In this document: one piece after another, positions 7,771 through 15,910 of the stretch
How positions within the stretch are numbered: the stretch's first letter is position 1
Layout: every line of letters starts with the position of its first letter
Notes under the pieces: model-generated
The model's input: only the letters and a program-made list of their open reading frames with translations
Told to the model about the DNA's origin: nothing
Databases searched by the model: none
Source of the DNA: a virus
Lineage: Duplodnaviria; Caudoviricetes
DNA: 36,938 nucleotides
Reading direction: 5' to 3' (one strand)
IMG/VR virus record: IMGVR_UViG_3300032212_000079
Location: 1 to 36,938 of that record
Program-made: the position numbers and the translations under genes

Positions 7771-9927
7771 TTGGACTTTTTAGAAGATCATAAAGACAAA
7801 GATAGTACAGACAGGCAACCGCTTGATGTCTTGGCTATTGAACTGTCTACGCTTGCCAATGATCAGGTCACGCAAAAAGCAACGATTGAAGCACGCTGGG
7901 TTGAGGATCTGCGTCAGTACCACGGTATTTATGACACCAAAACAGAGCAAGAACTGAAGGAAAAAGAACAAAGCCGCGTATTTGCCAACATAACCCGTCC
8001 TTATTGCGATGGTGCCGAAGCTCGTTTCTCAGAGATGATGCTGCCAACCGATGATCGTAACTGGGATTGTACTAATACCCCTGATCCTGAATTGGTTGAG
8101 AAATCGACCAGTGAAGATCCTATGTTTGGTCCTGAAGGCGAGTACATGTACAAAGCTGGTCAGGCTGAGGACGAGCAAGAAGAGTTGCTTACCCATGGCT
8201 ATGCCGCAACGCTTGAGATTGAGAAGGCCAGCGAACGTGCTAAGAAAATGCGCACGACTATTGATGACCAGCTGACTGAATCAAACTATCCAAGTAAAGC
8301 GCGTGACTGTGTCCGAGATATTGTCAGGTTAGGTACCGGAGTTTTGGAGGGGCCGGTAGAGCAGATTGATCAAGTCAAGAAGTGGACTAAGGCTCAGGAC
8401 ATCAATACCCAGTCGGTTGTTCGAATGCTGGAAATGGTGTCTGAATCTAAGCCTGTCGTGCGTTATGTGTCGCCATGGGACTATTTCCCAGACATGTCTG
8501 CTGCCACGCTTGAAGAGGCCGACTTTGAGTTTGAGCGGTCATACATGACCAAGCGCCAGGTACGCAAGCTGTTAAAAAATGAATCTTACTTCAAGGATCA
8601 GTTGAAGAAGTTGTTAGGTGTTGGTCCTGAGATATATAAAACTGAAAGCACTCATCTGGATGAGATGCGCAAAATTAACGGGCTCGATTCGACTAAGAAA
8701 GATAACCGATTCGAGTTTTGGAAATATCAAGGGCCAGTTAAGAAATCAGTCTTGTGTGATTGTGGGCTGGCTGAGCCAGATGAAGAAGAACCACTCAATG
8801 GCGACGATGAGGAAGAGGTAGAAGCAGTTGTAATTTTCTGTGGTGCGCATGTGGTTAAAATCCACTTGCCGTTGCTTGAGACTGATGAGCGCTCCTACTG
8901 CGTGGCCAACTGGATTGAAGATGATTCCAGTATTTTTGGTTATGGCGTCCCTTATTCTGGCCGTAACTCTCAAGCGATATTTAACGCTGGCTGGCGCATG
9001 ATGATCGATAACAGCGCTTTGTCGATTGGGCCGCAGACGGTTGCAAATAAACAAGCTATTGAGCCAGCCGATGGTGTTTGGGAACTGACTACAAAGAAAA
9101 TCTGGCTGCTAAAAGACAAAAAGATACCAATCAATCAGGTGTTTCATCAATTTAATATTGATAGTCGCACCAATGAGATTTTGCTGATTATCAAAGAAGC
9201 AAAGCAGCTGTTTGAGGAAGAGACCGGCTTACAGATGGTTGTGAATAATGACCAGCCGAAAATGGCGCAGGAATCTGCAACGGCGGCAAAGATTCGCATG
9301 AACACATCTCATGTGGTGATTAGACGGGTTGTGCGCCAGTTTGATGATGGCATCACAATGAAACTGATTACTGGTTTCTATACCTACAACATGCAGTATC
9401 ACGAAGACGATTCAATTAAGGGTGATTACAAGGTTGATGCCCGTGGTTCAACGGTGTTGCTGCAGAAAGACGCCCAAGCCGCTGCGTTGTTCGGCCTCGC
9501 CAGTTTTGTAGAAAGCCCAGTATTTGGGCCAATGATGAAGGCACGCGAACTTCTTAGAAAGCTGGTGCAAAGTCAGTCAATTCAACCTGATGATGTTGTT
9601 CTCAGCGATAAAGAGATTGATAGTAACCAAGAGGCGATGGCCGAGGCTGCTCAGCAAGGTGATGGCGGTTTGGCCGCTGAGAAACTTAAGCTCGATTACC
9701 AGATTCATCAAGAAAAACTAGAAGATCGTAACTTTGATCGGCAAGCCCGTATGTATGAGCGGCAAATGGATCAGCAGAATCTGGTGCTAAAACTGGCTCA
9801 AGAGCGCGGTCTGACAATTGAAAAAATTAATGCTGAATTGCAAAAGACATCCATCATTGAGAAGGGTAAAGCAGAACGTTTCTATGATGAAGCCAATCTT
9901 AGGTTGGCGACAGGGCAAGGAATCTGA
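7771..9927 (+). CDS. Portal protein
   Basis: 718-aa ORF (TTG start) right after TerL; VSPWDYFPD and FGYGVP motifs and a coiled-coil C-terminus as in podovirus portals. Confidence 0.88.
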   Translation: MDFLEDHKDKDSTDRQPLDVLAIELSTLANDQVTQKATIEARWVEDLRQYHGIYDTKTEQELKEKEQSRVFANITRPYCDGAEARFSEMMLPTDDRNWDCTNTPDPELVEKSTSEDPMFGPEGEYMYKAGQAEDEQEELLTHGYAATLEIEKASERAKKMRTTIDDQLTESNYPSKARDCVRDIVRLGTGVLEGPVEQIDQVKKWTKAQDINTQSVVRMLEMVSESKPVVRYVSPWDYFPDMSAATLEEADFEFERSYMTKRQVRKLLKNESYFKDQLKKLLGVGPEIYKTESTHLDEMRKINGLDSTKKDNRFEFWKYQGPVKKSVLCDCGLAEPDEEEPLNGDDEEEVEAVVIFCGAHVVKIHLPLLETDERSYCVANWIEDDSSIFGYGVPYSGRNSQAIFNAGWRMMIDNSALSIGPQTVANKQAIEPADGVWELTTKKIWLLKDKKIPINQVFHQFNIDSRTNEILLIIKEAKQLFEEETGLQMVVNNDQPKMAQESATAAKIRMNTSHVVIRRVVRQFDDGITMKLITGFYTYNMQYHEDDSIKGDYKVDARGSTVLLQKDAQAAALFGLASFVESPVFGPMMKARELLRKLVQSQSIQPDDVVLSDKEIDSNQEAMAEAAQQGDGGLAAEKLKLDYQIHQEKLEDRNFDRQARMYERQMDQQNLVLKLAQERGLTIEKINAELQKTSIIEKGKAERFYDEANLRLATGQGI

Positions 9928-10148
9928 TGCCATTTAACAAACAAAATCAAACATGGTTTGCCGTTGAAGAGCATGCCGAAGCAAGATTGTCTGAATTACG
10001 AGATGAGCTAGAAACGTCTGAATGCAGTGAACGGCGTAGCGATGAATTGCGTGGCGCAATCGATGAACTAAAACAGCTTTTGAGACTGGGAGACCCACCA
10101 AGGCCATTGCAAACAAGCGGTGGTGTGTCCCCTGGAATCAATATCTAA
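9927..10148 (+). CDS. Small conserved head-module protein
   Basis: 73-aa helical ORF (LRGAIDELKQLL) coupled to the portal stop. Confidence 0.7.
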   Translation: MPFNKQNQTWFAVEEHAEARLSELRDELETSECSERRSDELRGAIDELKQLLRLGDPPRPLQTSGGVSPGINI

Positions 10149-10175
10149 GCGCGGCGAAAGCCCCGCAAATCAACA

Positions 10176-10198
10176 ACCGGCTCAGTGCCGGTTTTTTT
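10176..10198 (+). terminator. Intrinsic terminator
   Basis: ACCGGC-TCAGT-GCCGGT followed by a T run. Confidence 0.8.
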
Positions 10199-10232
10199 GT
10201 GCCCGCGATTTGGTGCGCACATGGAGCAAACA

Positions 10233-11189
10233 ATGACCTTAGAAGCAGATGAGAACGACCAGGACGATAGCGTTGATCAAGACGAGCAAGACCTGGATGC
10301 GATGTTTGATGAAATAGCTGATGGCAAAGATTCTGACGATATTGGCAGTGATGCTGATGATTCAGAGCCCTCTGGTGAAGATGATGCGGAAGCTGAATCC
10401 GATGAAGATGAAGGCACTAATGCTGAAGCCAGTAAAGATGCTGATACGGAAGCCAAAGCCGATGATGATCCCTGGAAAGATGCCCCTGAAAACCTGAGAA
10501 GTGCGTTCAACGAAACACAGGAAGCACTTAAACAGGCGCAGCACCAGGCGCAGTCTAACGCGGGTCGTGTGGGTGCGTTTCAACGTCAGATCAATGAGCT
10601 AAATCAAAAGCTACAGCAACAAACCACGCAAAAACCAGCAAGTGATAACAAGCCGCCCAATGGGGCCGCCCCTAATGAATCTCCCTCTGACGATGTGATG
10701 AGCGAGTTCGAAGAAGAATATCCAGACGTAGCCGCCTACATTCGCAACCAGCAGGCCGCCAGTCAACAAACAATCGAACGACTTGAATCAAAGGTTAATT
10801 ACCTCAGCGATTCAGAGCAACAAAGAGACGCGCAAACCCAGTATGCCGCCGTTGAGGCCGCGCACCCTAAATGGGAAGAAACTGCAAAAAGTGACGGTTT
10901 TAAAGGTTGGATTACCCAGCAGCCAGCCAATGTTCAAGCCCTTACTAAAAGCCAGCTCGCCTCTGATGCCATTTGGTTGTTCGACACCTACAAGAACAGC
11001 GCTCAGCCCGAGCAGGAAGATCCTGAACAAGGGTCTGATGCAAATGCTGATGCTGTTGATATTTCCGGTGAGCGATTAAAGCGCCGACAAGCTGCAGCAA
11101 GAACACCTAGCAAACGTGGCCAACGAGGCTCGCTAGATGGCGGTGGTGATGAGGATGCAATGTTTAATCGTATCGCCTCAAAATTATGA
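10233..11189 (+). CDS. Capsid scaffolding protein
   Basis: Very acidic N-terminus and coiled coil, located between portal and capsid. Start moved to ATG 10233 (GGAG at 10223-10226) because the track start at 10185 lies inside the terminator. Confidence 0.8.
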   Translation: MTLEADENDQDDSVDQDEQDLDAMFDEIADGKDSDDIGSDADDSEPSGEDDAEAESDEDEGTNAEASKDADTEAKADDDPWKDAPENLRSAFNETQEALKQAQHQAQSNAGRVGAFQRQINELNQKLQQQTTQKPASDNKPPNGAAPNESPSDDVMSEFEEEYPDVAAYIRNQQAASQQTIERLESKVNYLSDSEQQRDAQTQYAAVEAAHPKWEETAKSDGFKGWITQQPANVQALTKSQLASDAIWLFDTYKNSAQPEQEDPEQGSDANADAVDISGERLKRRQAAARTPSKRGQRGSLDGGGDEDAMFNRIASKL

Positions 11190-11200
11190 GGTAACAAGCA

Positions 11201-12199
11201 ATGACTATGAGTAAATACGGTGATATCGGTGTTGAGGCCGGTTTGACTGCAGAGGCTAAGGCGCTGAAGCATGCAGAACCTGTCCTGGTGCTGCAAAAAA
11301 CCTGCATGACCAAACCGCTGGGTAAAAAGAAGTCGGATACCATCAAGTTCCGCACACCGGTACCGTTTGCCAAGGCGACTACGCCACTTGTTGAAGGTGT
11401 AACGCCAACTGCTAAGCAGATGCAGTACACCCGCCAAACGGCAACAGTGAAGCAGTACGGCAATATCTCTGAGCTGTCGGACAAGGTTGAGGATCTATCT
11501 GAAGATCCGGTCTTGGATGAAAATTCCATGCTTATGGGTGAAAACGCGGGTGAAACAGTTGAAGCTGTTTTGTACGGCACTATGAAGGGTGGCACTAACG
11601 TCTTTTATGGCGCTGCTGCTGATGCTGCGCGTACTGATGTTAATGATTCAGTCAGTGTGGCCCGTGTTCGTGCGGTTGTGAAGTTCCTGAAAGCACAAAA
11701 AGGTAAGCCAATTACCAAAGTGCTGGATGGCTCACCTAAGTATGGCTCCAGCTCTGTTGAGGCGGCGTATGTGTGCTACTGCCATACTGATCTGGAAAAC
11801 GATATCCGTAACATGACGGGCTTTACTTCAGTTGCTGATTACGGCAACCGTAAGCCTATCTGCCCTGAAGAGCTGGGATCACTGGAAAACGTTCGTTTTG
11901 TGACCAGCCCTGAGCTTGAGCCATTTGCAGACTCTGGTAGCGCTACGCTGAACGGCATGGTGACCAGTGGTACCAAGGTAGATGTGTATCCAATGATCTT
12001 TGTAGCGCAGAACGCGGTTGCGTGTGTTCCTTTGAAGGGCCGCGGTGCTATTGAACCTAGCATTATCAATCCTGGTACCAAGAGCGCTTCAGATCCACTG
12101 GGTCAGCGTGGTTACGTTGGTTGGAAGACATGGTTTGCAAGTTTGATCACTAATCAGGCCTGGATTGCCCGTCTTGAGGTCGGCGCAACAGATATCTAA
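11201..12199 (+). CDS. Major capsid protein, N4-gp56 family
   Basis: PLVEGVTP, VKQYG and DPLGQRGYVGWK motifs; GAGGT RBS; followed by a terminator. Confidence 0.93.
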   Translation: MTMSKYGDIGVEAGLTAEAKALKHAEPVLVLQKTCMTKPLGKKKSDTIKFRTPVPFAKATTPLVEGVTPTAKQMQYTRQTATVKQYGNISELSDKVEDLSEDPVLDENSMLMGENAGETVEAVLYGTMKGGTNVFYGAAADAARTDVNDSVSVARVRAVVKFLKAQKGKPITKVLDGSPKYGSSSVEAAYVCYCHTDLENDIRNMTGFTSVADYGNRKPICPEELGSLENVRFVTSPELEPFADSGSATLNGMVTSGTKVDVYPMIFVAQNAVACVPLKGRGAIEPSIINPGTKSASDPLGQRGYVGWKTWFASLITNQAWIARLEVGATDI

Positions 12200-12218
12200 A
12201 CCATAACGGTAAGTAACT

Positions 12219-12247
12219 AAAGGGATGGCTTTTGCTGTCCCTTTTTT
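12219..12247 (+). terminator. Intrinsic terminator after the capsid gene
   Basis: AAAGGGATGGC-TTTT-GCTGTCCCTTT followed by further T. Confidence 0.8.
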
Positions 12248-12271
12248 ATTTAAGCACAAGAGGATTTAACA

Positions 12272-12613
12272 ATGAAAGAAGTTGACGTGGGTACGGTGGA
12301 AGGCACTGGTGCAGCCATAAATATTGAGCTTGGTTTTACGCCACGCTATTTCAAATGTTTCAACCTGGATGATGTAGGCGGTTTGGCACCGACATTGGAA
12401 TGGTTTGAAGGCATGCCGGCAGCAAGCGCAATCAAGACCCTGAAGGTTGTTGATAACGCTACCACTGGTAATGCTAGTTCAGCCAAGATTACATCAAATG
12501 GCATTAGTGAATATGCAGGCTCTGATGCGTCAGCGGCTGTTGGTATCACCATTGGCGCAGACACTGACGTGAATGTGTCGGGTGAAACAATTCATTTCAT
12601 CGCTTTTCGTTAA
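12272..12613 (+). CDS. Putative capsid decoration/minor head protein
   Basis: 113-aa beta-rich ORF directly after the capsid gene; GAGGA RBS; has its own terminator. Confidence 0.6.
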   Translation: MKEVDVGTVEGTGAAINIELGFTPRYFKCFNLDDVGGLAPTLEWFEGMPAASAIKTLKVVDNATTGNASSAKITSNGISEYAGSDASAAVGITIGADTDVNVSGETIHFIAFR

Positions 12614-12635
12614 GCACTGAAACTATTTTGCAATG

Positions 12636-12661
12636 AAGGGAGGCCGAGGCCTCCTTTTTTT
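12636..12661 (+). terminator. Intrinsic terminator
   Basis: GGAGGC-CGAG-GCCTCC followed by T7. Confidence 0.85.
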
Positions 12662-12690
12662 ATGTACAAACTTACCGGGAGTAAGCATCA

Positions 12691-13188
12691 ATGAGTGTAG
12701 ATAAAAATAGCGTGGCAACGGCTGATGTTGCAGCGTTGCGTGCTTATGGCAAAGAGGTAATGGGTGAGAATTTTGCGCCAGCCATGAAAGAAGAGAATAT
12801 TCGCAAAAAGGTAGCTGATCATCTGGGTATTGAGATTACAGACAGTCCGCCTACTGAAGCTCCACCAGTTGCAAAACGATTCAAGGCACCAAAACCAGGC
12901 AAGATGTATGCGTCAAAGGCGGATGCAATTGCTGACAAGGTAACAATCAAGATTCCAATTGAGAAGGGTGAGGGTGGAGACCAGGATGTTTTTGTGGGCT
13001 GGAATGGTCAATCCTATCTGATACAACGCGGCAAAGAAATCGATATTCCATACGGTGCATTTTGTAGTTTGATGGATGCGGTGACCACTGAGTTTTACCA
13101 GTCAGATATGGATAACGCGATGACATCTTCTGATGCTCAGACTATCCCTGTTCAATTGATTAATGATCCACGGGCAGCTGAACGTTAA
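12691..13188 (+). CDS. Conserved phage hypothetical protein
   Basis: 165-aa ORF, GGGAG RBS, DVFVGWNGQSYLIQRG motif; sits in the post-capsid position. Confidence 0.75.
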   Translation: MSVDKNSVATADVAALRAYGKEVMGENFAPAMKEENIRKKVADHLGIEITDSPPTEAPPVAKRFKAPKPGKMYASKADAIADKVTIKIPIEKGEGGDQDVFVGWNGQSYLIQRGKEIDIPYGAFCSLMDAVTTEFYQSDMDNAMTSSDAQTIPVQLINDPRAAER

Positions 13189-13865
13189 TGAACTTTTTGG
13201 AGTCATGCCAGAAGGCCCGTCAGGAGGCCAAGATCAGCGGCAACGGCCCGTCTACTGTGAAAAGTCAGACGGGTATGTATGCCAAGTTGGTTGAATGGGT
13301 AAACGACGAATGGTACGCGCTGCAAAGTCGGCGTGATAACTGGTATTTTCAGCGCGCAAGCAAGAACTTTCAAACGATTGCGAGTGTCCATGAATACCCG
13401 GCGACCTCTTTATCTATAACTGATCTTGGCACATGGAATGAGAAGAGCTTTAAGCAATACCTAACTGCAGACGGCCTTGCTAATGAATACCGAATAGGAC
13501 GCATGGACTATGCAGACTGGGACCGTGTTTATAACGTTGGCGTTCTGGCATCTGGTGTGCCACAAGCTGTATGTGTTTCACCAGATAACGCGCTGATCAT
13601 GACGCCAGTGCCTAATGATGTTTATACGGTTACCGGTATTTACTATCGCTCACCTACGAAGCTGGTTGAAAATTCTGATGTGCCACGAATGCCTGAGCGT
13701 TTTCATGATCTGCTATGGATGGGCGCCGTGTTGCGTTATCTGGCAGACCAGGAGGCACCTATACAGCGTATTGCTCTTTTGCAGGACCGTTATAACTCGC
13801 TTTTGTTTGACCTGGAACGCGAACAGCTGCCCACTATTAAGATGGGCAGGGGTGCATTCGCTTGA
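13188..13865 (+). CDS. Head-tail adaptor protein
   Basis: 225 aa, with PVPNDVY and PERFHDLL motifs typical of podovirus adaptors; position fits. Confidence 0.75.
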   Translation: MNFLESCQKARQEAKISGNGPSTVKSQTGMYAKLVEWVNDEWYALQSRRDNWYFQRASKNFQTIASVHEYPATSLSITDLGTWNEKSFKQYLTADGLANEYRIGRMDYADWDRVYNVGVLASGVPQAVCVSPDNALIMTPVPNDVYTVTGIYYRSPTKLVENSDVPRMPERFHDLLWMGAVLRYLADQEAPIQRIALLQDRYNSLLFDLEREQLPTIKMGRGAFA

Positions 13866-15910
13866 GCAGAAGACCGCATATTGTTGAGCTGAAAGGCGGT
13901 GAGGATCTTGTCTCGCCAGCTATGGCGAAGAAAGCCGGTTCGCTGTTGTTCTCAAAAAACTACGAGGCAACAGACACAGGCTATCGTCGTATTGATGGTT
14001 TTGAGCGTTTTGATGGTAGGCCATCGCCTTCTGAGGCTTCGTACTGGGTGCTTAACTTTACTGCTGGCACATCGGCCTTTGTTGTTGGCGAAGTAGTAAC
14101 AGGCGACACTTCTGCTGATACGGGCGAGGTGCTGGTCGTTACTGTTACATCCGGATCATGGGCAACCAATGACGCTTCTGGCTATTTGGTGTTGTTTGGT
14201 TGTTCTGATGTTTTTCAAGATGTTGAGTTGATTACCTCTGCCTCTGGCTCTGCTACCACGTCTGGTACTGCAGTAGAGAAAGGCGCTACAGACGACACCA
14301 ATCATAATGCTTGGCTTCAGGCAGCCATTGAAGCAACCAGGGCAGATATTGGAAAGCCACCAGGCTCTGGCCAGATTCGCGGTGTGTGGATGTATGGCGG
14401 TGATGAATATAATTTTCGTGACAATGCCGGGGCAACTGCCTGCGTAATGTATAAAGCCAGTACGGCTGGCTGGGTAGCGGTTGATATTGGGCACTACGTT
14501 GATTTTACGGCGGGCACAACCGAGATATCTGTTAATGAAACAGTAACGGGGGGGATATCTACAGCAACCGGCGATGTGATGAATGTGGTTGTGACCTCGG
14601 GCACATGGGCTGGCAACGATGCGGCCGGTAGGATTTACCTGAAGAGTGTCGTCGGCACATTTCAGGCTGAAACCATTACCTCAGCGGCTGGATCTGCGAC
14701 CTGTTCTGGTGTGCAGGCGGCCAATACCTTCCTGCCTGGTGGGCAGTTTGAGTTTAAGAATTACAATTTTTATGGCGATTCGGGCTCAAGGAAGATGTAT
14801 GGCGTTGACGGCGTGAATAAAGGCTTTCAGTGGGATGGTACTGGCTTTTGTTTTATCCATACCGGCATGACAACCGATACGCCTCGTCACCTGTTTGTGC
14901 ATAAAAAACATTTGTTCTTCTCGTTTGGAAGCTCAACACAACACAGCTCCATTGCTGATCCATTAACGTGGTCGCCAATTACCGGCGCGGGTGAGATTGC
15001 TACCGGAGATGACACCACAGGGTATGCCAGTGTGCCGGGCGATGCGATGGCGATTTTTGACCGCAACAGCACTTATCTATTGTATGGCACCAGTTCAGCA
15101 GATTGGAATCTTGTCACGCATTCGGCAGAGTCTGGCGCGATTGAGCGATCTATCCAGGAGATAGGAAAGCCACTCTATCTGGATGACCGAGGGCTGACTG
15201 GATTATCAGCAGTGCAAGCCTATGGTGATTTCAAAGCCTCAACATTTTCAAAGCTGATTCAACCCATAATCAAAGCGAAGAAGGGGTTGGTAACGGCGTC
15301 GATGCGGGTAAAAGACAAAGACCAGTACCGGCTGTTCTTTTCTGATGGCACGGGGATTATTGGTCACGTGACATCAAAAGGCATCGAATTTACCCGTGTC
15401 GATTACGGCGTGGTTGTACGCTGCTGCTGCTCTGCTGAAGATAACGATGGCAATGAGGTGTTGTTGTTTGGTTCTGATGATGGTTATGTCTACCAGATGG
15501 ATGCCGGCACATCATTTGATGGTGGTGCCGTAGAGGCCTTTGCCATTATTGCCTTCAACAACTTTCGTTCACCGCAGTACAACAAGCAGTTCTTTAAGGC
15601 GGTGTTTGAGATGGATGCGCCATTGGGCGCTGATATCCAGTTCTCGGCAGACTTTTCTTATGGTTCACCTGATGCGCCTCAAGGGGTTGCAGAAACAATC
15701 AATGTTTTAAGTGGTGGCGCCTACTTCGATACTGATGCTGTGTTTGGCGATTTTCTATTTGATGCACAGGTGGTTGGTCAGGGCGAAGCCTATATCGAAG
15801 GATCTGGCACCAGTATGAGCATGACGATTTATTCAAATTCAACCTATCAGCTGCCCCACACTTTACAAGTGGCAGTAATACATTATTCGGTCAGAGGGTT
15901 ATCACGATGA
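13862..15910 (+). CDS. Tail nozzle/tubular B-like (DNA stabilisation) protein
   Basis: 682-aa beta-rich protein (TTG start) between adaptor and fibre; GYRRIDGFERFDG N-terminus. Confidence 0.7.
   Translation: MSRRPHIVELKGGEDLVSPAMAKKAGSLLFSKNYEATDTGYRRIDGFERFDGRPSPSEASYWVLNFTAGTSAFVVGEVVTGDTSADTGEVLVVTVTSGSWATNDASGYLVLFGCSDVFQDVELITSASGSATTSGTAVEKGATDDTNHNAWLQAAIEATRADIGKPPGSGQIRGVWMYGGDEYNFRDNAGATACVMYKASTAGWVAVDIGHYVDFTAGTTEISVNETVTGGISTATGDVMNVVVTSGTWAGNDAAGRIYLKSVVGTFQAETITSAAGSATCSGVQAANTFLPGGQFEFKNYNFYGDSGSRKMYGVDGVNKGFQWDGTGFCFIHTGMTTDTPRHLFVHKKHLFFSFGSSTQHSSIADPLTWSPITGAGEIATGDDTTGYASVPGDAMAIFDRNSTYLLYGTSSADWNLVTHSAESGAIERSIQEIGKPLYLDDRGLTGLSAVQAYGDFKASTFSKLIQPIIKAKKGLVTASMRVKDKDQYRLFFSDGTGIIGHVTSKGIEFTRVDYGVVVRCCCSAEDNDGNEVLLFGSDDGYVYQMDAGTSFDGGAVEAFAIIAFNNFRSPQYNKQFFKAVFEMDAPLGADIQFSADFSYGSPDAPQGVAETINVLSGGAYFDTDAVFGDFLFDAQVVGQGEAYIEGSGTSMSMTIYSNSTYQLPHTLQVAVIHYSVRGLSR

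Noticed and set aside
10185-10232. Longer N-terminus for the scaffold as given in the ORF track
   Set aside because: The GTG lies within a terminator hairpin; ATG 10233 has a properly spaced GGAG.
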